The notes under the pieces were generated by a model that worked only from the letters and a program-made list of their open reading frames with translations, was not told the DNA's origin and made no database searches. From NCBI GenBank assembly GCA_963676835.2, contig CAXXFF010000004.1:384001-448000 (forward strand): 64,000 nt of DNA, written 5' to 3'. This document shows positions 1-10,544 of this stretch, piece by piece. The stretch's first letter is position 1. The number at the start of each line of letters is the position of its first letter. This DNA is from Marispirochaeta sp. (lineage in GTDB: Bacteria > Spirochaetota > Spirochaetia > JC444 > Marispirochaetaceae). The position numbers and the translations under genes are program-made.

Positions 1-254
1 TCCAGCAGACGTCCCGCCCGGGGCAGAACAAGGGCACTGCAGATAGTTCCGAACATGTAGGCGAGGCTTATGGCAACCCGGGACAGCCCCAGGGCTTCGA
101 TAAGATAGTCGGTAAAAACAGAAACCCCCATGGTCTGTCCGGGAATACTCAAAAGCATTCCCAGGGATGACAGGCCCAGGATTACCCAGCCGTAAAAAAA
201 GGGAACCCGCCGGGGGTTGAATGGTATAGTTGCAGTTTTGCTTTCCAGTCTCAT
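1..254 (-). CDS. MFS transporter, N-terminal part (runs off window start)
   Basis: Hand translation from ATG at 254: MRLESKTATIPFNPRRVPFFYGWVILGLSSLGMLLSIPGQTMGVSVFTDYLIEALGLSRVAISLAYMFGTICSALVLPRAGRLL. Typical MFS 'FYGW...PGQT' N-terminus and start of motif A. Confidence 0.8.
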   Translation of the reverse strand, partial: MRLESKTATIPFNPRRVPFFYGWVILGLSSLGMLLSIPGQTMGVSVFTDYLIEALGLSRVAISLAYMFGTICSALVLPRAGRLL

Positions 255-467
255 ATATAAGGGCGGAGTATACCCGCCACAGAAGCGGGGATTCAAGTTA
301 AGGGAGAAATAAATTAACAGAAATTTAACATTAAGGCGGATATAAAAACGTAGTATTTTTGTCATAGTCAATAACAGCAGATTCTGCATAAGCCGCACCG
401 GAAAAGGTCATAAAGCAATCGTGCAGCAGGGTCTGTGTTATTATCATCGAGAATCAAGGAGTTCAGA

Positions 468-899
468 ATGAGCAAAGAGCGAATCCTTTTCCTTTGTACC
501 GGTAATTCCTGCCGCAGTCAGATGGCTGAAGGCTGGGCCCGGGCACTGAAGGGTGACCTGTTTGAGGTTGAATCTGCCGGTATAGAGACCCATGGTATGA
601 ATCAGAATGCAATTAAAGTAATGGGCGAAGCAGGCATTGATATATCCGGGCATCACAGCAAGACCACCGCAGACCTTATCAACAACGAGTTTGAATATGT
701 TGTTACCGTATGTGATCATGCATCGGAAAACTGCCCCTACTTTCCCGCAAAAACACGGATTATCCATCGAGGATTCGATGATCCCCCCAGACTGGCAAAG
801 AATGCCGCCAGCGAGGAAGAGGCTCTGGATCATTACCGCCGGGTCCGGGATGAGATAAAGGCTTTTATCGAAACCCTGCCGGAAGCCTTAAAAAAATAG
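468..899 (+). CDS. arsC: Thioredoxin-type arsenate reductase (LMW-PTP fold)
   Basis: CTGNSCRSQMAEG P-loop, VTVCD...ENCP redox cysteines and FDDP motif. AAGGAG SD precedes ATG 468. Confidence 0.9.
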   Translation: MSKERILFLCTGNSCRSQMAEGWARALKGDLFEVESAGIETHGMNQNAIKVMGEAGIDISGHHSKTTADLINNEFEYVVTVCDHASENCPYFPAKTRIIHRGFDDPPRLAKNAASEEEALDHYRRVRDEIKAFIETLPEALKK

Positions 900-908
900 C
901 AGGCGCTT

Positions 909-1595
909 ATGTCGGAAAACATGCGCCGCTACACTTCGGAGTTTATCGGAACCTTCTTTCTGGTCTTTGCAGGCTGCGGTGCCGTGGGAGTTGAGTCGGT
1001 GAACCCGGGAACCCTGGGGCATCCGGGAATATCCATGGTATTCGGTCTGATTGTAATGGTACTCATTTATGCAGTCGGCAATATCTCAGGCGCCCACTTT
1101 AATCCCGCAGTAACCATGGGCTTTTTCTGGGCCCGGCGGATTACTTTCCGGCAGGTCCCCCCCTATCTTGCAGCCCAGATAAGCGGAGCAGTACTAGCCT
1201 CCCTGCTGTTGAAGGCGGTTCTGCCTGCAGCGGCTTCGGTCGGAGCGACACTGCCTTCCGCAGGGGTCTGGCAGAGCCTGCTGCTGGAAACGGTGTTTAC
1301 CTTTCTGTTAATGTTTGTAATTCTGAATGTCTCTACGGGACACATGGAAAAAGGTATTATGGCGGGAGTTGCCGTGGGGGGCACCATCGCACTTCTGGCG
1401 CTTATCGGCGGCCCTCTTACAGGAGCGTCAATGAATCCTGCCAGAAGCCTTGGTCCGGCTCTGGCCGGCGGCATCTGGCAGCAGCACTGGATCTACTGGA
1501 TCGGTCCGTTGCTGGGAAGCCTGGCGGCTTCCCCCTGGTGCAGATACATCCAGGGGCCGGCCTGCTGTTATGTTGATCCCGATCAGCCTTCCTGA
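909..1595 (+). CDS. MIP-family aquaporin/aquaglyceroporin, probably an arsenite channel
   Basis: Two NPA boxes (SGAHFNPAVT, GASMNPARS); 9 bp downstream of arsC. Confidence 0.9.
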   Translation: MSENMRRYTSEFIGTFFLVFAGCGAVGVESVNPGTLGHPGISMVFGLIVMVLIYAVGNISGAHFNPAVTMGFFWARRITFRQVPPYLAAQISGAVLASLLLKAVLPAAASVGATLPSAGVWQSLLLETVFTFLLMFVILNVSTGHMEKGIMAGVAVGGTIALLALIGGPLTGASMNPARSLGPALAGGIWQQHWIYWIGPLLGSLAASPWCRYIQGPACCYVDPDQPS

Positions 1596-1834
1596 GCCTT
1601 TTTAATCAGATCGAAAAGCTGTACCCGCTTGTCCCGCCGGACAGCGGGCTGCATATCTGCTGCAATTAACCGTGCGGCATCCCCTGCTTTTTCATCCTCC
1701 CCCCAGCAGGAGAGGATACTGTCACAGGGGATTCCGGTGGCAGTAAGCCTGCAGTATTTAAATGGAACCGGATGCCCGAGCCGCTTGCAGTAGCGGCTCG
1801 TCTCATCCGGATACCCGGCACTGTTCTCTACCAT
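1583..1834 (-). CDS. Small Cys-rich hypothetical protein coupled to trpB2
   Basis: 83 aa. Its ATG overlaps the trpB2 stop (ATGGTAG). Motif C-K-R-L-G-H...Y-C...P-C...S-C-W. Fills the gap between convergent genes. Confidence 0.65.
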   Translation of the reverse strand: MVENSAGYPDETSRYCKRLGHPVPFKYCRLTATGIPCDSILSCWGEDEKAGDAARLIAADMQPAVRRDKRVQLFDLIKKAQEG

Positions 1835-3216
1835 TTACCGCTCTTGGCAGTAGAAGGCTTGGGAAACTCCGCGATTGCTTCAAGATTCCTGTCCAGTTCC
1901 GACTGGGGAAAATCATAATCATGAAGCTTTCCGCTCATATAGGCATCGTAGCCTGCCAGGTCTACAAGACCATGACCGCTCAAGTTGAAGACAATCACCT
2001 TCTCTTTGCCCTCTGCATCCGCCTCTTTGGCTGCCTGAACGGCCCCGGCAACGGCATGACTTGTTTCGGGTGCCACAATAAGGCCTTCGGTGCGGGCAAA
2101 GTTGATTGCCGCCTCATAACATTCAAGCTGATGGATCGAACGGGGAGTAAGCAGCCCTTCCACAACCGCCTGGGACACCAGAGGAGCCATACCATGATAA
2201 CGCAGACCACCGGCATGGATGGGAGGAGGAACAAAATTATGCCCAAGAGTATACATGGGAAGCAGGGGTGTCATTCCGGAGAAATCACCAAGGTCGTAGG
2301 AGAAGGGCCCTTTTGTAAGGGTAGGACAGCTGGCGGGCTCAATGGGAATAATCTCTATATCCGCTCCGTTTATCTTGTCCTGGACAAAGGGGAAGGCCAT
2401 TCCCGCAAAGTTGCTTCCTCCGCCGGCACAGCCGATTACTATATCGGGCTGCTTTTCGCCGAATTTAGCCAGCTGCTTTTTGGTTTCCAGACCGATTATG
2501 GTCTGATGCAGCATTACATGATTCAGCACACTTCCCAGGGCATACTTGGTTCCTCCGGTGCTGTCGTTCACTGCGTACTCAACCGCTTCACTGATGGCAA
2601 TGCCAAGGCTGCCGGGGGTATCAGGATACTTCTCCAGAACCTCCCGTCCTGCCCGTGTCTCGGTACTGGGACTGGCGATACATTCTGCGCCCCAGGTCTG
2701 CATCATCAGTTTACGGTAGGGTTTCTGGTCAAAACTGATACGCACCATGAAAACCTTCAGGTCTATGCCAAACTGAGCACAGGCAAAGGAGAGAGCACTT
2801 CCCCACTGACCGGCACCGGTTTCCGTGGTCAGGTGCTTTATTCCGGCCTCTTTATTGTAGTAAGCCTGGGCCACAGCACTGTTGGGCTTATGGCTGCCCG
2901 CGGGGCTTACACTTTCATTCTTGTAGTAGATTCGGGATTTTGTACCGAGGAACTTTTCCAGTGCATAGGCACGGTGCAGAGGTGAAGGCCGCCATTTGGC
3001 AAGAATTCCAAGAACCTCTTCGGGAATATCAATCCAGCGCTCCTGGCTTACCTCCTGCTCTATAAGGTTCATGGGAAAAATAGGCTCCAGCATGTCCGGA
3101 GAGACAGGGTTTCCGTCAGGTCCAAGGGGCGGCTGCAGGGGGGTGGGTAAATCAGCGGCAAGGTTGTACCACTGCCGCGGCATCTCATCTTCTGTCAGAA
3201 ATATTCGGGTGGGCAT
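1828..3216 (-). CDS. trpB: TrpB2-type tryptophan synthase beta / TrpB-like PLP enzyme
   Basis: GSHKPN PLP-lysine, [22 protein letters not shown] and NLSGHG motifs. No trpA nearby. Confidence 0.92.
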   Translation of the reverse strand: MPTRIFLTEDEMPRQWYNLAADLPTPLQPPLGPDGNPVSPDMLEPIFPMNLIEQEVSQERWIDIPEEVLGILAKWRPSPLHRAYALEKFLGTKSRIYYKNESVSPAGSHKPNSAVAQAYYNKEAGIKHLTTETGAGQWGSALSFACAQFGIDLKVFMVRISFDQKPYRKLMMQTWGAECIASPSTETRAGREVLEKYPDTPGSLGIAISEAVEYAVNDSTGGTKYALGSVLNHVMLHQTIIGLETKKQLAKFGEKQPDIVIGCAGGGSNFAGMAFPFVQDKINGADIEIIPIEPASCPTLTKGPFSYDLGDFSGMTPLLPMYTLGHNFVPPPIHAGGLRYHGMAPLVSQAVVEGLLTPRSIHQLECYEAAINFARTEGLIVAPETSHAVAGAVQAAKEADAEGKEKVIVFNLSGHGLVDLAGYDAYMSGKLHDYDFPQSELDRNLEAIAEFPKPSTAKSGKW

Positions 3217-3252
3217 AGTTCCTCCTGGGAAAAATAAATGGTGGAATAAAAC

Positions 3253-3299
3253 GTTACTGTATGTAGTAACATTTAAACACCACCCGGGAGGTATGTCAA
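3253..3299 (-). promoter_or_regulatory. Possible trpB2 promoter (-35 TTGACA) with inverted repeat GTTACT-N6-AGTAAC near the start site
   Basis: TTGACA on the minus strand at 3294-3299; palindrome at 3253-3270; the -10 match is weak. Confidence 0.3.
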
Positions 3300-3318
3300 G
3301 AAAATTCAGTCGGTCATG

Positions 3319-5202
3319 TCAGTCGTCAACGGCATCAAGCTCCTGAGCACCTTCGGCACTTACTACAGGCAGCATGATCAGAAAGCGGGCACCACCAAGG
3401 GAGGAGTCATTCACCATCAGACGTCCGGCGTGCTTATGGGCAATGATGTCATAGGAGATGCTCAGCCCCAGACCGGTTCCCGATCCGACATCCTTGGTAG
3501 TAAAGAAGGGGTCAAATATTTTGGTTCTAAGATCCCGGGGAACACCTGGGCCTGAGTCTTCCACAACGCATACCACAAAGTCATTCTTTACAAGGGTACT
3601 TATCCGGATTTTGCCTTTTACACCCTCAGGCATGCTTTCGCCTTTAATCGCCTGGGCGGCGTTGATGAGAATATTCAGAAGAACCTGCCTGATTTCTCCG
3701 GCATTGCACATAATTGTCGGCAGAGGCTGGAACCTGGTAGACACGGTGGTGTGATACTTGAGCTCATTTCGGGCAATAACCAGGGTATTGCGAATAGCCT
3801 CGTTGAGATCCAGCTCGGTTATTTCTCCTCCCCGGTCCTGATAGGAAAATCCTTTAAGATTCTGAACAATCTCGGCCATCCGGTTTATACCGTCCTGGGT
3901 TTCCGCGAAGACCGTGGAAAGATCCTGCTGTATAAAATCAATACCCAGTTTCGCAGCAAGCTTCTCCCGTTCTTCACCGTCCTTACCGGGAACTTCATCG
4001 GCATACTGCAGAAGGGACTCACTGTACTGGTGGATCGTTGAAAAATTACTCTGAACAAAGCCAAGGGGGTTGTTAATCTCGTGTGCCAGGCCTGCAGCCA
4101 GCTGCCCTATGGATGCCAGCTTCTCGCTCTGAACAATCTGATCCTGGGCCATCTGCAGTTTATTATTGCTTTCGGTAAGCTCCATGTTGGTGCGCATCAA
4201 CCGGGCATTCAGCTCTATGCGGGCGCTGATATTCTTTATAATTCCTGAAAAGCCCTTGAGATTACCCGTTCCATCGAAAGCGGTTGAAGCCCCCTCTAGA
4301 CAGAAAATTTTCTCCCCGTCTTTTCGTCGGAGCACTATTTCAAGATCCTTTAAATAATTATGAGCCTGCAGTATCTCGGCGTTGAAATTCCATTGATCAG
4401 GATCAAAAAAGAGATCCCGTAAATGCATTCCCACCAGCTCTTCTTCTTTCTCATACCCCAGCAGTTGCACACCGGCAGCATTAATTGCAAGCAGCTTGCC
4501 TTCACCGTCGGCATGGTAGATCATATCCATGGAGTCATCAAAAATCGCCCGGTAGCGCTCTTCTATGCGCCTCAGTGCAATTTCCGCCTCTCTGCGTCGC
4601 TCCATCTGAAGGTGGTTCATAACCTGGTCCCGGGTGAGGATCTGCAGGGAATCACGGTGATTGCTGAGAAGATCTATATCCTTCTGATTAAAAGCTTTGT
4701 CCCGTCCGACAAACTGCAGGATACCGTATATCGATTCGTTGTTGGCAAACCCGAGGGTCAGGGAGTTCTCTCCTTTTATCCCCCCGAGAAAAGAGGTACA
4801 GGGACCGTTTTCAAGAATCACCGGATTGTTGCGGACCTTATCAAACAGTTGATCCAGCCGCTCAGCAAAACCACCCTGACGGACTTCAAGCTCGGGAATG
4901 CCGAAGCTGGCATTGGGGTCTCTACTGCTGAATTGTATATCCAGCATGCGGGGACCGTCAAAAAGAACTATAAGAGAACTCCACGCATCAAGACGCTCAT
5001 TGAGAGTACGCAGGAGCTCCCGGTAATTCCTGGTTCCCATCATGGAAATGAGACTGGCTGCAAATGCCCGGCAATCATCTTCTGTAACAGACGATTTACC
5101 GGAAGAAACAGTCCTGGAGATACGGGAAATCCTGAAAGCGAGAACAATGAGAATTACAACGCCCACAGAGAGGAGCAGTATTACCAGATATTGGTAGATC
5201 AT
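3319..5202 (-). CDS. Membrane-anchored PAS-domain sensor histidine kinase
   Basis: N-terminal TM, GAF-like region, PAS, H-box LAHEINNPL, N-box NILINAAQA, DSGPG, FDPFFTTK and GTGLGL motifs. Confidence 0.92.
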   Translation of the reverse strand: MIYQYLVILLLSVGVVILIVLAFRISRISRTVSSGKSSVTEDDCRAFAASLISMMGTRNYRELLRTLNERLDAWSSLIVLFDGPRMLDIQFSSRDPNASFGIPELEVRQGGFAERLDQLFDKVRNNPVILENGPCTSFLGGIKGENSLTLGFANNESIYGILQFVGRDKAFNQKDIDLLSNHRDSLQILTRDQVMNHLQMERRREAEIALRRIEERYRAIFDDSMDMIYHADGEGKLLAINAAGVQLLGYEKEEELVGMHLRDLFFDPDQWNFNAEILQAHNYLKDLEIVLRRKDGEKIFCLEGASTAFDGTGNLKGFSGIIKNISARIELNARLMRTNMELTESNNKLQMAQDQIVQSEKLASIGQLAAGLAHEINNPLGFVQSNFSTIHQYSESLLQYADEVPGKDGEEREKLAAKLGIDFIQQDLSTVFAETQDGINRMAEIVQNLKGFSYQDRGGEITELDLNEAIRNTLVIARNELKYHTTVSTRFQPLPTIMCNAGEIRQVLLNILINAAQAIKGESMPEGVKGKIRISTLVKNDFVVCVVEDSGPGVPRDLRTKIFDPFFTTKDVGSGTGLGLSISYDIIAHKHAGRLMVNDSSLGGARFLIMLPVVSAEGAQELDAVDD

Positions 5203-5280
5203 GATGCTTTAAGGGTAGCTGAATAAACAAAAAAATCAAATAAATTTGACTTTATATCGTGCCTGTTCAACAATTTCAGT

Positions 5281-6516
5281 ATGAGTACCTACAGAGTTCT
5301 TTTTGTTGACGACGAAATAAACATACTTCAGTCCCTTAAACGGGCGTTCTTCAGCTACGCGGAATTTGAGGTAATTACCTGTGATAACGCAGAGGATGCC
5401 GTGGCTACCCTGGCAACCGAACGGGTGGATGTACTTGTTTCAGATGAAAAAATGCCGAAAATTGAGGGCAGCCAGCTGGTTGAATATGTAAAAAACCGTT
5501 TTCCCGATGTGATCCGTATAATCCTCACCGGTTACGCGGATATGGAGAAAATAATAAAGGCCGTTAACAAAGGTGAAGTTTACCGGTATCTCGTAAAACC
5601 CTGGAATAACGAAGATCTTATTACAACCGTACGCAGTGCAGCGGAATTCGGACGGCTTAAACGCTACAATAAAGAGCTGGAAGCGCAGCTGAAGGCTCAC
5701 AATGAATCCCTTAAAAAAGAGATAGTAAAGAGAACTGCTCATCTGGAAAAAGCTCTTCAGGCGGCAAAAAGACTGCACAACCGGGTGCAGGAGAATTTCG
5801 AAGGAACCGTTTCTCTGGTGACCCACATGATGGGCCTCATAAGCCAGGAACACAAGGAAAATGCCTCCCGGGTTGCAAGGCTTTGTGAACGTATAGCCCA
5901 TAAGATGGAGATGGAGAAAGAGGATACAGGTATACTGCGTACTGCTGCCCTGCTCTACCAGCTGGGAACCCTTTCCAGCGGAAGCGGAGACCCCGGCGAC
6001 AGTGCACAACAGGCAGTTGCCGGTGCCGATCTGCTTACCCGGATCTCAACCCTGACGCCGGTTGCAGAGCTTATTCGCCATTACCGGGAAAACTTCGACG
6101 GAAGTGGAAAACCCGACGGTCTGGCAAAAAAGGATATACCCCTGGGATCGAGAATTATTGCAGTTGCAGCGGATTACGTTCAGCTGGCCTACAGCGGAGA
6201 GAACAGCCCGGAAGAAGCCCTGCAGAAAATAGTACTCAAATCTGAAAGTCTCTATGATCCTGAAATAATAAATATTCTGAAAGAAATGGAAGCCGCCGCC
6301 ATGAGCAGCAGTGGAGCGGGACTGCAGGATGTTCCCATACAGATAAAAAATCTCAGCCCCGGAATGATATTGAAAAATGATCTTATATCAAAGAATGGTG
6401 TACTGGTGGTTCCCAGTAACACTCCTCTTACCCAGTCAATGGTTGATCATCTGGTAAAAACCAACCTGCTTGACCGGGAAGAGACGGTTTATCTTAAGCA
6501 TAAACACAAAGAGTAG
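5281..6516 (+). CDS. Response regulator with degenerate HD-GYP-like output domain
   Basis: REC domain (FVDDE, SDEKMP, LTG, KPW). HD-GYP-like HYRENFDGSGKPDGL...IPLGSRII, but the HD dyad is replaced by YQ. Confidence 0.85.
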   Translation: MSTYRVLFVDDEINILQSLKRAFFSYAEFEVITCDNAEDAVATLATERVDVLVSDEKMPKIEGSQLVEYVKNRFPDVIRIILTGYADMEKIIKAVNKGEVYRYLVKPWNNEDLITTVRSAAEFGRLKRYNKELEAQLKAHNESLKKEIVKRTAHLEKALQAAKRLHNRVQENFEGTVSLVTHMMGLISQEHKENASRVARLCERIAHKMEMEKEDTGILRTAALLYQLGTLSSGSGDPGDSAQQAVAGADLLTRISTLTPVAELIRHYRENFDGSGKPDGLAKKDIPLGSRIIAVAADYVQLAYSGENSPEEALQKIVLKSESLYDPEIINILKEMEAAAMSSSGAGLQDVPIQIKNLSPGMILKNDLISKNGVLVVPSNTPLTQSMVDHLVKTNLLDREETVYLKHKHKE

Positions 6517-6522
6517 GTGTTA

Positions 6523-8235
6523 TCAGCGGTTCAGCACATCCATAGCCGAGGTAACAACCTCTCCCAGTGAAACCCGATAGCCTTCACCACTGGACCGAAC
6601 GGTAAATTCCACTTCACCGTCCTGCATAGCCTTATTCCCCAGGGTGATACGCAGGGGCATTCCCAGCAGATCCGCATCATTAAACTTGACTCCTGCAGTC
6701 TCCTTGCGGTCATCCAGAATAACCTCAAGACCTGCTTCCATCAGATCCGCGTATATTTTTTCCGCTTCTTCGTTGGTCTTCAGCAGATTCACAATATGCA
6801 CATGAAACGGTGCAATGGCTGCAGGCAGCACCAGCCCCTTGTCATCGTGAAATTCTTCGGCAAGACAGGCCAGAAGCCGGCCCACACCGATACCGTATGA
6901 GCCCATGATAACCGGCTGGGCTTTGCCGTTTTCATCCTGAAAAGTACATCCCATACTTTCGGAATACCTGGTTCCAAGCTGGAAGATATTGCCAACCTCA
7001 ACTCCCCGTTTTGCCTCAAGGGGTTCCTTGCACTGGGGACAGGCAAGGCCTTCCCGGGCGGAGGCAATATCCGCAATGGTACCGGCATAGTCCCTGCCGA
7101 AATTGGTGTTCAGCAGGTGATAGCCCTCTTTGTTTGCACCGGCAACCAGGTTATTGGAACCGGCTACCGAGTCATCAACAATAATCTCAGTGTCACGGGC
7201 ACCGATGGGAGAGGCATAGCCGGGGACGAGTCCGCAGGCGGTAATCTCTTCATCGTGAGCGGGGCGCAGGGCAAGGGCACCGCAGGCTTTCTGCAGCTTC
7301 GCCTCTTCCACATCCAGATCGCCCCGGATAATTGCGGTAATCAGCTTCTCATAGCTCTTCTCTTCATCGCCGGGATCCGTAAAGCGGCCCATGAGCATAA
7401 CCGCTTTGGCGGTTTTGCGGGCGGGGATTCCCAGGAATGCAGAAAGTTCTTCTATTGTTTTGGTGCCGGGAGTCTCTTTTTCTTCAATTTCCAGAAGATC
7501 TTCCGGATAGAGCTGTTTATGGATATCCGCAACCTGACGGTTGGCGCTGTAATCGCAGGAAGAACAGAGAATGATGGTATCTTCGCCGATGGGATTAAGG
7601 TACATATATTCATGACTTACCTTGCCGCCCATCATGCCGGTATCGGACGCAACAGCGATTACAGGCAGACCGCAGCGCTTGAAAATGCGGAAATAGGCAT
7701 GGTAGTGAGCATCGTACTGCTTCTCCAGACCTTCCTGGTTACGGTCAAAGCTGTAGCTGTCCTTCATGGTGAATTCCCTCACCCGGATGAGCCCGGCCCT
7801 GGGACGGGGATCGTCCCGCCACTTTGTCTGAAAGTGGTAGACCATGGTGGGAAGCTGCCGGTAGGTCTGCAGTTCGTCACGCATAATATCCGTAACGGTT
7901 TCCTCGTGGGTCATGGCCAGGACCATATCGCGGTCGTTGCGGTCTTTGAAGCGGGAAAGCTCGGCATCAATGGAGTACCATCGTCCCGTCTCTTTCCAGA
8001 TCTCCGCAGGGTTAACCACGGGCATAAGGATTTCCAGGCCGCCGATGGCATTCATCTCTTCCCGGATAATCTGTTCAATCTTCCGCAGACTCCTGAAAGC
8101 CAGAGGTAAAGCCGAGTAGATTCCTGCAGCCGCCTGCCGGATATAGCCTGCTCTCAGCAGAAATTCATGTCCCTTGGACTCGGTTTTCCCCGGGGTTTCC
8201 CGCAGGGTTCGCGAAAACAATCCTGTCATTCTCAT
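6523..8235 (-). CDS. proS: Proline--tRNA ligase (bacterial type with editing insertion)
   Basis: LAMTHEE, RPRAGLIRVREFTMKDSYSF, EVGNIFQLGTRYS and MGSYGIGVGR motifs. Confidence 0.97.
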   Translation of the reverse strand: MRMTGLFSRTLRETPGKTESKGHEFLLRAGYIRQAAAGIYSALPLAFRSLRKIEQIIREEMNAIGGLEILMPVVNPAEIWKETGRWYSIDAELSRFKDRNDRDMVLAMTHEETVTDIMRDELQTYRQLPTMVYHFQTKWRDDPRPRAGLIRVREFTMKDSYSFDRNQEGLEKQYDAHYHAYFRIFKRCGLPVIAVASDTGMMGGKVSHEYMYLNPIGEDTIILCSSCDYSANRQVADIHKQLYPEDLLEIEEKETPGTKTIEELSAFLGIPARKTAKAVMLMGRFTDPGDEEKSYEKLITAIIRGDLDVEEAKLQKACGALALRPAHDEEITACGLVPGYASPIGARDTEIIVDDSVAGSNNLVAGANKEGYHLLNTNFGRDYAGTIADIASAREGLACPQCKEPLEAKRGVEVGNIFQLGTRYSESMGCTFQDENGKAQPVIMGSYGIGVGRLLACLAEEFHDDKGLVLPAAIAPFHVHIVNLLKTNEEAEKIYADLMEAGLEVILDDRKETAGVKFNDADLLGMPLRITLGNKAMQDGEVEFTVRSSGEGYRVSLGEVVTSAMDVLNR

Positions 8236-8241
8236 GGCGTA

Positions 8242-8270
8242 AACCTATCAGTACCGGGAAGTTAGGTCAA
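8242..8270 (-). promoter_or_regulatory. sigma70-type promoter of proS, leaderless configuration
   Basis: TTGACC-N17-TAGGTT-N6-ATG; no SD sequence. Confidence 0.55.
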
Positions 8271-8394
8271 GCTGAACAGGTAGATAGCAGGAGAAGGAAG
8301 AGACCATATAAGAAAAGACAGAGAGAGAAAAAAGGGTGGAGATAATTTTCCTTGTGAATACAGGTTTTAGCGGATATCATTAATACTACCCGCT

Positions 8395-10437
8395 ATGAGT
8401 AATTTAACAGTAATTCTGCTGATTGTAATTTCATCGTACATCTACCTGTTCAGCTCTCTGGTTCTGGAAAAAAAAAGCCATATAAAGGGGAACGTCTGGG
8501 CACCCCACCTGCTTCTGGGAACCGGCTTTCTCCTGACCATGTTTCAGGGAATTCTTGCTCCTGCAGAAAGCGTTCTTCTGGCAAATATTCTCATTTTCCT
8601 GGGAATTATCGAATATCTGCACTGCACCAGTATCATTCTGGGACTCCGGTTTAATTACCGGACAATGCTGCCGGTTATAGCGATGTTTCTGGCCGGCTAT
8701 ATTTACTACACCTATTTCAATTTTGATACAGTTGCCCGGATTATCCTTATAAGCTCCGCAATCGGCCTCGTCACCATTGCCTATGCGCTCTATCTGTTTA
8801 GTCAATACAGAAATAATACCAACCATCATATACCTCCCTTCATGCTTTTATTCGGAATCTACGGACTCACCGGGTTCCTGAGAATTGTTCATACCCTGCT
8901 CCTGAACAGCAGCATAACCTCATTCATTACTCCCAACAGCAGCAGCTTCTTCTCCCTCCTCTTTACCCTGCTTTTTATCCGGTTCTGGAATCTTATGTAC
9001 CATGGCACAAGGCTGCTTATGGCTCAGGATGAACTGCAGGATAAAATTGATCAGCAGAATTCACTGCTGCATCACATTGACGGGATGCACGCCTACCTGC
9101 AGGAGATAAATCAAAAAGGCACCCCCGAAGTTTTCTATGAGCTTATTTTCGATACCATGAAAGAGATTCTGTCCGTCGACGAAGCCGCCCTGTATCTTTA
9201 CAACAGCAGTACTCACCGGCTCTCCATGGTTGCCAGTACGGGACTTGATGACAATTTCATCAGCCTTGCGGGGAACTTCAGACTTACAGAGGATACTGTC
9301 AGCGTACGGGCATATAATCAGAGGGATCTGGTTGTCCGAAAAATAGAAGATTTCCCTGACGGAAAGGTTAAAGACAGCCTCAAGGCAAGAGGAATAGAGA
9401 CCACCCTTTCTATAGCAGTTTCAACCGGAGACACTCCGGTGGGAGCACTCTCCGCCGGACTGAAATCTGACAAGCCTTTAAAGGAAAATGACCTCGAAAT
9501 TCTCAAGGTTCTCGGGAGCCAGAGCGGCACAGCCCTGCACAACCTTCATTTGTACGAAGAAATTTCATCGTCGGAATCAAAATACCGGGCAATTTTTAAA
9601 ACAGCAGGTGAAAGTATCTTCATCTACAATACAGACGGGGTTATTCTTGATGCAAATGCCGCAGCATTGAAGGAATTCGGTTATGGGCTGGAAGAACTGA
9701 CCAGCCTGGGCATGAAGAATCTTTACGCAACACCCAGCATTATGCAGCTTTACAACATTACCAGCAATCCGGAAATGGAAATGAACCGGACAGGAAGTAT
9801 GGAATCAATGTTCATTACCCGTACAGGAACCCCGGTGCATGTCTGGATAACCCAGTCTTCAATTGTATTCGAAGGCCAGCCGGCGGTTCTTTCTGTGGTA
9901 CGGGATATTACCGAGAGAAAAGACCGGGAAAAATCCCTTACCAGAGAAGCCCGTACCGACTTTCTTACGGGGGCTCTGAACAGAAGGGCTTTTGAAGACC
10001 ATTTTTCCCGGGAGTTTATGCGAAAAAAGCGTTACAGCCGCCCCATGTCGATCATGATTCTGGACATTGATAATTTCAAGAAAATCAATGATACCTACGG
10101 CCATGAAACCGGGGACAGCACTCTCAAAGCCCTGGTGAGCATCATAGATAAGCAGCTGCGCGACTCAGACCTTTTCGCCCGTTTCGGCGGAGAAGAGTTC
10201 ATTATTGCCCTGCCGGAAAGCGACGAGGACGGAGCCTGTCTTCTGGGCGAGCGGATTCGGGAAGGAATAGAAAACGCTTCCGTAGAAGCAGGCGAAAACC
10301 AGGTAACCTTCACCGTATCTGCAGGCATTACAGAAATAAAGAGCGGAGATGAAAATATAAAAGAGGTCATAGCCAGAGCAGACAAGGCGCTTTACCAGGC
10401 AAAAGCAGCGGGGAAAAACCGGGTAATCTGCCTGTAG
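8395..10437 (+). CDS. Membrane diguanylate cyclase (multi-TM, GAF, PAS, GGDEF)
   Basis: About 6-7 hydrophobic helices, GAF, PAS, DIDNFKKINDTYGHETGD, I-site RDSD and active-site GGEEF. Confidence 0.92.
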   Translation: MSNLTVILLIVISSYIYLFSSLVLEKKSHIKGNVWAPHLLLGTGFLLTMFQGILAPAESVLLANILIFLGIIEYLHCTSIILGLRFNYRTMLPVIAMFLAGYIYYTYFNFDTVARIILISSAIGLVTIAYALYLFSQYRNNTNHHIPPFMLLFGIYGLTGFLRIVHTLLLNSSITSFITPNSSSFFSLLFTLLFIRFWNLMYHGTRLLMAQDELQDKIDQQNSLLHHIDGMHAYLQEINQKGTPEVFYELIFDTMKEILSVDEAALYLYNSSTHRLSMVASTGLDDNFISLAGNFRLTEDTVSVRAYNQRDLVVRKIEDFPDGKVKDSLKARGIETTLSIAVSTGDTPVGALSAGLKSDKPLKENDLEILKVLGSQSGTALHNLHLYEEISSSESKYRAIFKTAGESIFIYNTDGVILDANAAALKEFGYGLEELTSLGMKNLYATPSIMQLYNITSNPEMEMNRTGSMESMFITRTGTPVHVWITQSSIVFEGQPAVLSVVRDITERKDREKSLTREARTDFLTGALNRRAFEDHFSREFMRKKRYSRPMSIMILDIDNFKKINDTYGHETGDSTLKALVSIIDKQLRDSDLFARFGGEEFIIALPESDEDGACLLGERIREGIENASVEAGENQVTFTVSAGITEIKSGDENIKEVIARADKALYQAKAAGKNRVICL

Positions 10438-10544
10438 ACGGCTTTTTTTAAAAAGCTCTTGCATACTCATAAAAGTGAGGAAATACTTAGACCATATCCG
10501 GACAGCTATGTCAGGAAACCCCAACCATTTTAAGGAGTTAATCA

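Noticed and set aside
1762..2985. Long antisense ORFs (also 7117-8109, 31958-32821, 48059-49309, 33852-34658)
   Set aside because: They shadow well-supported opposite-strand genes and carry no recognisable motifs.
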